From Amphiscolops sp. MND2022 (Eukaryota): a DNA stretch of 64,000 nt. A model generated the notes under the pieces. It did not search any database. It saw only the letters and a program-made list of their open reading frames with translations, and was not told where the DNA came from. Where the stretch lies: positions 89,344,001 to 89,408,000 of the forward strand of contig OZ076409.1 of assembly GCA_964187785.1 (NCBI GenBank). The letters are read 5' to 3'. Made by a program: the position numbers and the translations under genes. Shown piece after piece: positions 33,444 through 44,318 of this stretch (its first letter is position 1; every line of letters starts with the position of its first letter).

Positions 33444-36191
33444 ATGGACGTATCTGCGCGAAACCGCCTGCCTGCACCCCAAAACGCTGCGCGTGCCCAA
33501 CAAACCACAAGGAGCGATGCACCTCCAATGACGAGCGAAATAGATGGTCGAGTCGACGAACTAGCTCTTGTTCAAGACACTCTACTAAACGGAGCGACAC
33601 CCACAATGATCGCTGGCTTTGCCATGATCATCGCCCAAATCCAAGCCCAGGCGGCGTACTCCGATGTCAGCCTCACCATCACCAGCCGGGTCGGCCCGAT
33701 AGAGCGCTCTGCCACCTTTCGCGACGGTGCCTGGCATTGGTACGACTTGACCCATAGCCTGATAGATCCCCGCTCCCACATAGTCTTTGGAGAGCCTACT
33801 AGGCCCCCCATGGACCAGGAGCGATCACTGCGCATTTCACAATCGGTGTTGCAGACACCAACTACAACCCAGTTGCCCTCACCACACCCTGTACAATTCA
33901 GCTGCACACTGCCAATGGTGCCACCCCCAGTGCTAACACCGCCCATGCCTCTGGCATCGGACGGCATCCGACTGCTCACAACCCAGACATCCAACTTTAT
34001 GCTTCCATCTGCCTTTCAGGGGGGAGGGGTGCAAGTAGGTAACACAACAAACACCACCCTGAGCGAGGAACAGCCCAGAGAGAGCCTCCCCGCGAGAACA
34101 GTGACGTTCAAGGACTCTTATGAAGAATTGATCCAAACGTCCTCCAGAGCCGAACCACCACACGTCTCGGAACCAGCCAGCCTAGTAGGCTTCCAGATGG
34201 ACCCACAATTGCGAGAACGCCAACGAGAACAGCAGAAAGCTAAGAGCAAGGCGGCCAGCACCGTGGTAGACCTCCGGGAGAAGATTAACGCTGGAGAGCG
34301 AGCTAGAGAGGCGGCCGAGCAGGCTGGGCAATCGAGCTCGACCACTACCCCGCAACCCCCCTCTGCATCGCCCACACGACCAGAGACCAGGAGACCGAGA
34401 GTAATGCGCGAGCTCCTAACACATGCAGAAAAACGGCAGCTAGATATCACTGCACGCGACGCACTACGTCTCCAGCGGGAAGTGCCAACCACGACGTCAT
34501 CAGAAGACCCACTACGACAGACGTTCGAGGTCGCTACTGGAACAGGGGACCTCGCCACAAGGCAGAAAATAGAGAAAGCCACAGTGGGAGTACTCTACAA
34601 TCGCCCCGTCAAGAAACCCGTGTTCACTCGAGACCGATGCCCCCCATGGTTTAACCGCATGCGGGCAGAACTAGAGAGAGTAAACTCAACGTACATGCGT
34701 GTTCCTGACAGCTTCCTCCGACAGCGCCCTGGCCGCTTTGACGAAGACCGCCTGCGAACCAAGAACTATGCACGGGACCCTGTTACAATCTTGCCCATGG
34801 GAAAGGACCTCCTACAGAAAACTAGGATAGCCTTCTTCGTCGACTCGACGATGAAGTCTTCCTTCAATTCCCACAACACCCTCATGGATGTAAGAATACT
34901 AAATATGCTTTGTACCACGCTGAACGAGATGGCCGAAGTGACTGACAAAATGTTCACCCAAGCGGGAACAGAAACCATCCCACTTCCTCCGTTGTTGGTA
35001 TATTCGAACGTAATAGACCACCTCGCTCTGCGGGGCACCCTGGAATTCTTCCGGCCGGACCATGAGAGGTTCACCGAGGGGTTCGTCACTGACGAGGTAA
35101 CTAACTATGTGGAGACCATGGCCAACATTGTCCAAGCCATGCGCAGAAAGAAAGCCACCACTGGGACAGTGTTCATGTCACCTCCAGGCTACGTATACCT
35201 TCCCCGGACCCTTCAACAATTCTTGCACTTAGTGACGGAGGCCGCATATGCAAGAGATCTGCCTTTCTACATCGTGGCGCCCAACCTACGCATCAATAAC
35301 AACAGTTGGCGTCCCTGCGAAGCTTCGTACCCGGCCTTCATCGCCGAAGTCTCCAAGGCCCTCCAGTCATACGTTGGTTACCGCGGCAATTCCCAAATGA
35401 TAATAGATGAGGCCACAGCATTCGACTATGGCATGGAAATGGCCCGTCGATCGATGAGCGAGCGCGGAGACAGGATAGTAAATGATCCAAACGAAAATGA
35501 GCATGATAACCTGGTGGATAACCTCTGGTTTGAACGCCGAGATGAATCCACCCTGGATGAAAAGACGCACGAACCCAAGTTCCTTAAAGAACTCACGAGC
35601 CTGATGAAGAAAACTGAAACGATTCAAAGCGATAGGAAGAATTCGTCCATCTTCCCTATAGCGCAAGTATCGGTGGACGCTGAACCTGGACTAAAATCAC
35701 CTACCTTAGCCATGTTGTCAATACTGGCCCAAGATATAGTACGAAGGAATACTCGAGAGCCAACACACACGTACCGAACATGGCACGACCAACTGCGGGA
35801 ACCTCTAAGCCAAGTCGCGGAGAGACTAGGCATACCGTTTCTTGTATTCCTTCACAACATCTCTCCCTTCTGGCTTCCCTCCCTAGTACAGGCCGAGTAC
35901 GGCCTAGATGAGCAACGGATGCGCTTGTACATGGATGCCATGGAAAGAGCCACCATCAGCGAAATGCTAGCATACTTGATGGCCGTGGGGTTGACTATGA
36001 TGTACCGAGGACCGTCATCCCTCATACAAAAACTCGTGCTTAACAAAGGAGGCTCAGCCCTGTTCAGCTTCTTGATCTTTTCGCAAAATCAAAGGAGCTG
36101 GATATATGCGCTCATTGAAACTCTGGACCCGGTGGGTTCCTTGAAATTGAAAGCGCAACTAGATTTAAACATTCAAGCTCTCCTGATATAG
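33444..36191 (+). CDS. Extra (non-env) ORF of the retroelement, N-terminal part; SGNH/GDSL-like core
   Basis: Open ~915 codons from ATG 33444; RIAFFVDS...LLVYSNVIDHL...TVFMSPPG pattern; no signal peptide seen. Confidence 0.75.
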   Translation: MDVSARNRLPAPQNAARAQQTTRSDAPPMTSEIDGRVDELALVQDTLLNGATPTMIAGFAMIIAQIQAQAAYSDVSLTITSRVGPIERSATFRDGAWHWYDLTHSLIDPRSHIVFGEPTRPPMDQERSLRISQSVLQTPTTTQLPSPHPVQFSCTLPMVPPPVLTPPMPLASDGIRLLTTQTSNFMLPSAFQGGGVQVGNTTNTTLSEEQPRESLPARTVTFKDSYEELIQTSSRAEPPHVSEPASLVGFQMDPQLRERQREQQKAKSKAASTVVDLREKINAGERAREAAEQAGQSSSTTTPQPPSASPTRPETRRPRVMRELLTHAEKRQLDITARDALRLQREVPTTTSSEDPLRQTFEVATGTGDLATRQKIEKATVGVLYNRPVKKPVFTRDRCPPWFNRMRAELERVNSTYMRVPDSFLRQRPGRFDEDRLRTKNYARDPVTILPMGKDLLQKTRIAFFVDSTMKSSFNSHNTLMDVRILNMLCTTLNEMAEVTDKMFTQAGTETIPLPPLLVYSNVIDHLALRGTLEFFRPDHERFTEGFVTDEVTNYVETMANIVQAMRRKKATTGTVFMSPPGYVYLPRTLQQFLHLVTEAAYARDLPFYIVAPNLRINNNSWRPCEASYPAFIAEVSKALQSYVGYRGNSQMIIDEATAFDYGMEMARRSMSERGDRIVNDPNENEHDNLVDNLWFERRDESTLDEKTHEPKFLKELTSLMKKTETIQSDRKNSSIFPIAQVSVDAEPGLKSPTLAMLSILAQDIVRRNTREPTHTYRTWHDQLREPLSQVAERLGIPFLVFLHNISPFWLPSLVQAEYGLDEQRMRLYMDAMERATISEMLAYLMAVGLTMMYRGPSSLIQKLVLNKGGSALFSFLIFSQNQRSWIYALIETLDPVGSLKLKAQLDLNIQALLI

Positions 36192-37542
36192 ATGGGTCAA
36201 TGTTGCTGGCATCATGCATCCTCTGGATGAGTGCCCGGCCATCAACCGAGACCCCAGTCAACTTCCAGGGTTCCTGTTCCCGACACAAATGGCAACATTG
36301 ATGCTCGTGGAAACTGAGGACTTGATCCCATTCATTGCTCCTATAATCTTCGGCGCAGTTATGGCCTTGCGGTATCCAACGCAGGCCTTGCGAGTGGCTG
36401 CAGTAGCCCCATCGCTCTCAATTCTGCACTTCGTGACCTCCAATGGGCCCCTTCAGGGTCCCACCTATCAATCAATAATACGTAACTTCGCCAACTTACG
36501 ACCTCCCATGGCATACACCATAATCAAGGACCGCCAACAGGTGGAGCATAACTACCTGATGATGATCAAAGCGCGAGCACGCAGCTCGCTCCCACTGCCA
36601 ATGGAAATCCACCCGGTCGCTTGGCTACATGCCCCCCTTAACCCAAACAATGGAACAGTGGCAACTTTTGATGGATGGGACGTGCCAGTTGTCTTGCGCA
36701 TCTTGAGTACAATTATCCAAAGATTGGGTGGTCGCCGGAAAGGAGAAGAGCCCACTGGGTTGTTATATCCCTATGCATGCGACACTTCCAGAATGTACTG
36801 TGCAAGAGCGGAGCCCCGTGATCATACCGCCAGAATTCTAAACACCATCACGTGCTGGGCCCAGCCGGAACTCGTAGACCTCGCCATCCACCAGACATTT
36901 CAACAGCTGCTAACAACTGTTCCAACTGTAGCGAGAGAACCCAACAGAAAGGACCTGCCCGTGAGCAAAGACGTTCCCAGTAACCCGCGCATTGCGCTAG
37001 AGATATTCGTGCGCCTGCATGGTCTCCAGCGAGAACAGACTCGAGCTGTAGGCGAACAGTACGCTAGGGGAATACTAACATTTAAGCAGCTATTCACCCA
37101 GCATGGTCATCAAGAACTGGCGGACGGACTGCCAAACCTAGAGCCAACCGAAGCTATCCCGGGAACTAGCGGGTTGGGCGAAGCTGCCTCTGGCAGCCCC
37201 CAGACCGTCCCTCCCACATCCTACCTTACTCAAGACACCGATGAGTCATTGATGGAAGGGGTACAAGACGAAATCTCAAACGTCATGCCACCATCAGAGG
37301 AGCCCATGACCGACAATAATTTCACACTCTCTGATGCCGCTACCCCTGTAAGAGACGAAGCGGAGAATAGTATCTCAAACATGGAGGCGGCGGACATAGA
37401 GTCGGAGCTTAACAACCTACTGACTATGGATGAGGAATCATCGCCCCCCTCCGAGGCGCCCGATTCGGCCGTCCAAAATGCAGTAAACACCATGGCCAGC
37501 ACTTCCATGCAGGAAGCCCCACAAGATCAGCTGTTGGGATAA
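36190..37542 (+). CDS. Extra ORF, C-terminal part with acidic tail, probably joined to the previous ORF before a 1-nt frameshift
   Basis: Frame is open from 36187, overlapping the previous stop; ORF 36214-37542 is 442 aa. Confidence 0.7.
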   Translation, partial: RWVNVAGIMHPLDECPAINRDPSQLPGFLFPTQMATLMLVETEDLIPFIAPIIFGAVMALRYPTQALRVAAVAPSLSILHFVTSNGPLQGPTYQSIIRNFANLRPPMAYTIIKDRQQVEHNYLMMIKARARSSLPLPMEIHPVAWLHAPLNPNNGTVATFDGWDVPVVLRILSTIIQRLGGRRKGEEPTGLLYPYACDTSRMYCARAEPRDHTARILNTITCWAQPELVDLAIHQTFQQLLTTVPTVAREPNRKDLPVSKDVPSNPRIALEIFVRLHGLQREQTRAVGEQYARGILTFKQLFTQHGHQELADGLPNLEPTEAIPGTSGLGEAASGSPQTVPPTSYLTQDTDESLMEGVQDEISNVMPPSEEPMTDNNFTLSDAATPVRDEAENSISNMEAADIESELNNLLTMDEESSPPSEAPDSAVQNAVNTMASTSMQEAPQDQLLG

Positions 37543-38126
37543 AGGAGTCCTCTGGACCCTCCAACACCACTGGAATGCTGTAAAACACAGAAGATCTTAT
37601 CGTCAAAACATTGGTGCAAACTTTTAGTTTTAGTTATGCTACGTTATCTCACTGGTGCTGAAAACTTTCGGTGCAATGAAGTTTGATTTCAAAAATTTTG
37701 TTTGATATTTACTTTATTATGCTACCAATGCAACAATACGTAATCGCTATATCCTCTGGGCGGGTCCCGGTTCGGTACCCTCCCGTTTTGATTTGAATTT
37801 AAAACTTCTACTGAGCCCAAAAACTGTTGTTACTCGCCTGGCCGCGCAGGGGCCCAATTTTAGAAAAAGAAATTTTAACTTGGACTGAGTGATTAATGAA
37901 AAAGCTTCTTTTTTAAGGAGCCGACTGTAGAGTTTTTAACCTTGAAACTAGTGCTTTTTGAATTTGATGGCTTTGGAATGCTAAACATGCAGTAACGAAA
38001 CGAAAAGAATAGCAATGTGAGATCAATTTAATTCAGCTCTGATGTAAGATTTTTTTTGTGTAAATCTCAGAGTACCCTTTGGGTGCGTACATCCTCTCGT
38101 TTGCCGAGGACGACAAACTACGGCCC

Positions 38127-38134
38127 GGAGAGGA
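38127..38134 (+). promoter_or_regulatory. Short polypurine tract
   Basis: GGAGAGGA directly abutting the 3' LTR. Confidence 0.6.
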
Positions 38135-38855
38135 TGTAACGTCCACCAGTCAGCACCAAATTTTCGATGAAAAATTCGATCAAGAACCAGAAAGTGTGCG
38201 AATCAAAATGGCCGACCTGGCAGGTCGTTGAAACCAAAAAAGAAACAAAAAGAAGAGAGAGAACGCCAGAAAAAAGAGCAAGGAAGAAAAGGAACCAGAA
38301 AGCAGAGCGACTATTGACATGAAGACTCGCATAGTGCCGAAAGTGACGAATGCTACCCGGTGTTGTGCCATCCCTCTGGGAGAGAATGCAAAACCGTTCC
38401 AGAAGGACATGACTGGATTCCCGAAAACCTACAAACAGTAACTGTACTCCCTTTTGGGGCTCGTCCCCCTTAATTTGTTGATTCGTAATATATTCTTCTG
38501 TTTAGCTTATGCCAGACCTTCTAGGTCAGCATTTCATATCCCTAACTGTCAAAATGGTATTTTTTGGATAAACACTTTTTGGACCTCGGAAGTATGTAGG
38601 AAGTCGTAGGAAGACTTAGAATTATGTAGGAACGTTTTTACAGGCTTGTGGGGCGTGTCCGGACTTTGAGAGTGCCGGCGCGTCGCCTCGGAGCTCTAAC
38701 TAGAGGAGTCTCCTTAGACGTTAGAAAAGTCCCCCATGGAGACCATTTTGGGAGAAAAGCCAGTGTCTAGGAGTGTAGTAAGACAACGGTCTCCTGTTTA
38801 AGCACCCTAGGCATTGTCCCACTTCCGGGATGTGCGCCGCTAGCCGGACGTTACA
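38135..38855 (+). repeat. 3' LTR
   Basis: Direct repeat of 19545-20265. Confidence 0.97.
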
Positions 38856-39092
38856 CTCGTATTTTTTAGTATTCAGTATATTGTCATGAAAATATATGAA
38901 TACCAAAAATATGACAGTGTAATTCTCAGATTCAAAAAATATATCATGCCTTTTCCAACCGACAGTGATGTTTCTGGACTGGCTTTAGCAAAAAGGAGTG
39001 ACACATTTTTACTTGTAGAAAAGATCACACTTCTTGTTAATGAGACCTTTCAACTGCCTTTGATCAACAACTGAATTCAAATTCAAAATTAT

Positions 39093-39385
39093 AACAAGAA
39101 GGAACGTCTAAAGTCAGCGCTATATCTAAGGCTCAAAAGCTCAGTTTTTAGTCACCCTTTTTTTCAATCCACACAAACTGACCAAAGTAGTTCTACAAAA
39201 GTTATACGAAATTTTATGGTGTCAAATTGAACCATTTGGCCCAAGCAACTGAACTAAAACGGTTTTTCCTTTTTTTCCGCAAAACATGCAATACCGGACG
39301 AGACTGAAGGGTCCCCTTTCAGTTTTTTCGGCGTTGTGAGACATTTTTCGAAATTTTATTTTTGACAAAAGAGTCCCTTCAACCC
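39093..39385. mobile_element. Helentron/DINE-like repeat fragments
   Basis: ACAAGAAGGAACGTCTAAAGTCAGCGCTATATCTAAGGCTC plus segment shared with 13985-14200. Confidence 0.55.
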
Positions 39386-39464
39386 CCAAGTATGTGCTCA
39401 ATCAAGCTCAGTGATCCACGATAGCCAAGAGTTTTGACAAACTGTAAATCTGATTCATGCTAAC

Positions 39465-39657
39465 TGTAAGAATCTTTTCTCCTCCTCGCTTCGTCAGGGG
39501 GAGGTAGTTGCAGTTTGGACCTCTGGTACTCTACTTCTGTGAAGTTACCCACCACTTCTGACTCCATTGGCAGAACAGATCCACCTCCTATCACGTCCCG
39601 TAGAGAGTGGCCAATCTGCTCGTCTGAGGGGATCTCCTTCAGTTTTTCACGCTCATG
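39465..39657 (-). CDS. Uncharacterised 406-aa host protein, exon 6
   Basis: Acceptor TGTTTTCAG| phase 0, HEREKLKEIPSD...RRRKDSY, donor A|GTTAGC phase 1. Confidence 0.75.
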
Positions 39658-39951
39658 CTGAAAACACACTGGAGAAATAAGCACAACGAAGTATAAAAGC
39701 ACTTTTTGGATGTTTTTTATATCCTATGAGTCTTGAAAACCAATATTTTCTTGCGAAAATTACTTTAATAATATTCCAGTGTCGCAAAATTATGTTAACG
39801 TATGCGTTAGTTAGACCTTTTACTTGGAAGTAAAGAAACACGTTTGAGGTAAAGAAGTTAAGTCACGTTTGAATTATAAACAGTTTGATTCATAAAGATG
39901 AAAACTGCATGGTAAAATGATTGCTTGTTTTAATTTTTGGCTTTTTTGTAA

Positions 39952-40087
39952 ATTTGTGATCTTTTGTGTTGTGATAAACACTTTTAACGAAAAATATAGT
40001 TACAAAAGTTTTAAGCTTTAAAGCTTAAAACTTTTGTAACTATATTTTTCGTTAAAAGTGTTTATCACAACACAAAAGATCACAAAT
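39952..40087. repeat. Perfect 136-bp spacerless palindrome
   Basis: 68-bp arms are exact reverse complements, centred on TTT|AAA (40019/40020). Confidence 0.95.
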
Positions 40088-40208
40088 GTCAAATTCATCT
40101 TCAATACAGGTCATCATACACCAAATTTCAATGTATTTAGCCTAATTTCAACAATTGGCTATCAAAATTGAAGGTTGAATCATTTCAACAACTTATGGGG
40201 ACACAAAC

Positions 40209-40443
40209 TTTTTTGTTTTGGCTGGCGATGTGTTTCTCCATCAACTGCATCTGAGTTTCGTCGTACTTCTTGAACATTTCTTTGATGTCGTCATCGCTGA
40301 CTATCTCGGCGCCCTTGTTCTCAGCACTTCCCCCCTCAATAGACGCCCTGTCTAGCTGGAACTTGTGACGTATTTTAGCCGGCAACCCCTCGGAATTGAG
40401 GGCATCGCCCAGAGTCTGGTACTTTCTCCGCGACATATCCTTC
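40209..40443 (-). CDS. Uncharacterised 406-aa host protein, exon 5
   Basis: Acceptor AAACAG| phase 2, KDMSRRKYQTLGD...HIASQNKK, donor |GTTTGT phase 0. Confidence 0.78.
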
Positions 40444-40484
40444 CTGTTTATTGAACATTCTCATCCAATTAGATTATTTTCTGG

Positions 40485-40598
40485 AGTTAAGTTACCTCTA
40501 TATTACCAGAAACTTCGTCTTCGGAAATTTCGTCGTCGTTATACTGACAACGAAATTTCCAAAGACGAAGTTTCTGGTAATATAGAGGAAACCTAACT
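40485..40598. repeat. ~114-bp imperfect hairpin (MITE-like)
   Basis: CCTCTATATTACCAGAAACTTCGTC...GACGAAGTTTCTGGTAATATAGAGG. Confidence 0.8.
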
Positions 40599-43105
40599 AT
40601 TTTGTGAACCCAGAAAAAATACAAAGTAACCAGAGTTGGTAATTTGTATGTTTTTTTTAAAAAATAACTGTGTTCTCTGTAATTTGTTATTTATTTCGTA
40701 GCTGTCTCAAAAGACAACATTCGGTTTTTGTTCAATTGTTTGAAAAGAAAAGTTAGTTTCCCAGCCTTTTCATGGCCCAACTGTGCCCGTAGTTTCCATA
40801 TGTGAGACCTAGGGTTGAGAAAATTCTCTCCAGATTCGCCGTTGCTAGATATGCTGCGTGGAGTGCTGTGACAACATATCGGTTTGCTAAATTTGAGTCA
40901 TCGACTCATAAATAGCGTCTCACGAGCTTCACAAGGATAAATGACACGTCAATATTGGTAAACATTTAACAATCGATTTTATGGGAGGCGGAAGTTTCGT
41001 CGTAGGAAAGTTAGTCGTACTAGCAAATTCAGAAATTTCGTCGTATTGATTTATAATTATTTTATTAATAAAATCAGGGATCTTACGTACAGAGTTTCAT
41101 TTTGACACCTATATTGAGTCAAAAAGATAATTGCAGTCAATCAACTCATCAAGTTATAACTACATTCTATAAAACGGCGCAATTTATCTAATCCATTACG
41201 AATCGTCTATTATTATTATTGGGTCTAAAAGTTTCAGGTCATGTTCCATATCCCCAACAGGAAGTTGTTTCGACACTTGATTCATTAATTACCCAGATTT
41301 TTGGGTATTTGTCTGACAAGAAAAAAAAAGACCTTTGGAACATGCTTAAATTATATAGTAAATCCACGATGGTAATGCAAATTTTCTCTGCCATAAATTA
41401 AACTGAGCAACAAAAACCGAAAATTCACCCTTGCTCAAAATTTGTCTTAATGAGTTGATTGAATGCAATTATCTTTGACTCAATATAAGTGTCAAAATGA
41501 AACTCTGTTCGTTAGATCCCTGATTTTATTAGTAAAATAATTATAAACCAATACGACGAAATTTCTGGATTTGCTAATACGACTAACTTTCCTACAACGA
41601 AACTTCCGCTTCCCATAAACTCGATTGTTAAATGTTTACCAATATTGACGTGTCATTTATCCTTGTGGAGCTCGCGAGATGCTATTTGTGATTCAAGGAC
41701 TCAAATTTAGCAAACTGATATGTTGTCACAGCACTCCACGCAGCATCTCTGGCAACGGCGAATCTGGAGAGAAATTTCGCAACAATAGGTCTCACAAATG
41801 GGAAAATACAGGCACAGTTGGGCCATGAAAAGGCTGGGAAACTAACTTTTCTTTTCAAACAATTGAACAAAAACCGAATGTTGTCTTTTGAGCCAGCTAC
41901 GAAATAAATAACAAATTACAGAGAACACAGTTATTTTCAAACAAGCCGGGAACGGCCCAAGTGGGCGCCATGTCTAAGGCTCAAAAATAGCAAATGGGCT
42001 TCAATGTGTCAGATATTCTCTTCTACAAAACCCACGTGAGGAGAAATAGAAAAAAAAATTTTTTTGAAAATTTTTTTAAATTTTTTTGGTCCTCGGTAAG
42101 TCGCATAGTGCCGACAAATGTAAAAGGGGGCATTTGGGAGTTTTTGAACATCCATTCTTTGGAAAAATAGGAAAAAATGAAGGGGGGACCCTTTGGAGAC
42201 ATTTGAAAAATTTGCGAAAAAAAGTCTCACTAAGCCGAAAACAACTATTGGAAGCATTTGAAAAAAATATATATTTTTTTAAAAAGTATTCGGTTAAAGT
42301 CGCACAGCAGTGCCGAAAAACCCGAAAAGAGGTCATTTAGGCCCATTAAACGTTTTTTACAAGCCGAAAACTTCAAAAAAACGCAAGGAGTACCCTTTGA
42401 TGATATTCGAAAATTTTCGAAAAAAGTCGAAGAGTGCCGAAAAAACCCAAAGGGGGGACCCTTTGGTCTCACCTGCTGTACTTTTGGAAGCATAAAAATT
42501 TTATGGTTTAGTGCGAGAATCGAACCCCCGCTCTCCGGCTTCAGAAATTTAGTCGAAGATGAACAACAGAACAGATGAACAAATTGTAAAAAGTGGACCA
42601 TTCAGAGTGAGATTGTAAGCTGAAAAAGAAACAAGACGAGAACGTCCAAAGTCGGCGCCATATCTAAGGCTCAAAAAGCGCAAAAAAAAATTTTTTGGAA
42701 AAAAACATGAATTTTTGAAAAAAATTTTCTTTCAAAAAAAGTCGCACAGTGCCGAAAAAATCCAAAGGGGGGACCCTTTGGGCACGTCCGGTTGTGTATG
42801 TTTCCTTGAAAAAGTAAAAACTGAAAGGGGGACCCTTTGGAGTAAAGTTTGCCTTCTGCGCAGAATTGCAGAATTGTAAGAAAAGTGGACCACTCAGAGT
42901 GAGATTGTCAACTGAAAAAAACAAAAAAAAAAACTACTCACTGTAAGAGTCGGGCTTTTTTCCTTAAGGGAAAAGGCGCCGACTAAAAAAACTACCCACT
43001 GTAATAGTCGGGCTTTTTTCCTTAAGGGAAAAGGCGCCGACTAAAAATAGCATACAAATTACCAACTCTGGTTACTTTGTATTTTTTCTGGGTTAACAAA
43101 ATAGT
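40596..43105. repeat. Foldback element with ~560-bp inverted arms; right arm interrupted by Helentron-like insertions
   Basis: 40596-41153 is the reverse complement of 41446-41940 plus 43051-43105. Confidence 0.88.
41941..43048. mobile_element. Two nested/tandem Helentron/DINE-like repeats
   Basis: Family starts at 41941 and 42631; two consecutive end hairpins (AGTCGGGCTTTTTTCCTTAAGGGAAAAGGCGCCGACT) at ~42948 and ~43006. Confidence 0.8.
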
Positions 43106-43274
43106 GATCGTTTTCAGAACCTCCTAGAAAGTATTATTATCCATGAAACTTGCTAAACATAACAGTATAACGAGAAATCCTAAAATCTCAGTGATTTCTT
43201 TAACAATGCTTCATACTTTCTTCGACAGGAGACAGCGTGCCAACACATTGCATTAATTTATTCAAGGTTCAATT

Positions 43275-44318
43275 CCCTAGGTTACAAGAATCACAAATCT
43301 TGCAAAATTCTTCCGAAATTCTCGTCAGCTTTGCATTTCTTGCAAGAATCTTACAAGTTTGTACAAGAATCGCAAATTTTGCAAAATTGTTACAATGTCG
43401 AACATTTCGTACAAGATTCTGATAACATTTTTGCAAAAAATGCATTTTTTTGGTAGGAAATTCTTACAAAAAATGTGATGTGTTAATTCGACCAAAACTT
43501 CAAAAATCATCAAACTACCAGCAACAACAGCCACAGTTGCCGTTTACAATGCACAAACTGTCCCAGGATCCCAGCAAAAGGCTCCAAATTGTTAATTTTG
43601 AGCAAGAAGATTTTACATGCAATTTTACCCCAGAAATTACTATAACGTATTCCAGCTATGAAACTCCGGACAAAAACTCCAAGAACTCTTCAGCTAATGA
43701 TGATAGGAATATGAACATGATACCAATTGAAAATACATTTCAAGGGCTTTCTAACGGTTCTAACCCGAACATGCTGTCAGCTACTGTGATGGAGAAAATC
43801 AGTAAAAATACTACAAAACCACCTGTGCAATGTCATATTGAAAACTATAAAAACCCTGAAAATTATAGCAAAATTCAACCATCGGTTTCATTTCTTCCCC
43901 AGCCCATTTCAACTAGTCATGAGACTGCTGAGAATGGAGGACATTGCTCTCTCAGAAGCACTGACCCCATGCAGGGCTTTAATGTTGTAAGCGAAAGCTT
44001 TACAACAATATAACATCAAACAATGCTCATGATGCAAATAAGGCATTCCGATAATATAAAATCTAGATGCTCTAATATGGGCAATTGTGTCATTTTTCGC
44101 GCACAGATAGTTTTCTTTTGCAGCCGTTCAATTTTTTTGAGACAGGAAATGCAAAAAAAATGGTCGGATTTATGCATTTTTTGTAACATTCTGAGCAGAA
44201 AAATTCAAATCTTGCAAGATTTTTGCAAGAGTTAGATTCTAAAAATGCATTTTCTCACAAGATCTTACAAGAATTCTTGTAAGAATTTTGCAAGAGTTGT
44301 GATTTTTGTAACTTAGGG
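43275..44318. mobile_element. Non-autonomous TIR element (~190-bp imperfect TIRs, CCC...GGG)
   Basis: CCCTAGGTTACAAGAATCACAAATCTTGCAAAATTCTT versus AAGAATTTTGCAAGAGTTGTGATTTTTGTAACTTAGGG; internal TCTTGCAAGA repeats. Confidence 0.75.

Larger units (their letters stand above)
19545..38855 (+). mobile_element. Full-length giant Ty3/gypsy LTR retrotransposon, 19,311 bp
   Basis: Near-identical 721-bp LTRs, PBS, short PPT, gag-PR-RT-RH-IN order, plus extra downstream coding regions. Confidence 0.97.

Noticed and set aside
33444..37542. env gene / endogenous retrovirus
   Set aside because: No signal peptide, Cys-rich ectodomain or clear C-terminal anchor; the tail is acidic and likely disordered.
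24031..37606. Numerous antisense and alternate-frame ORFs within the retroelement
   Set aside because: Expected shadows of long GC-richer coding sequence, with no recognisable motifs.
42009..42924. Overlapping K/F-rich ORFs
   Set aside because: Translations of A/T-run-rich non-coding repeats.
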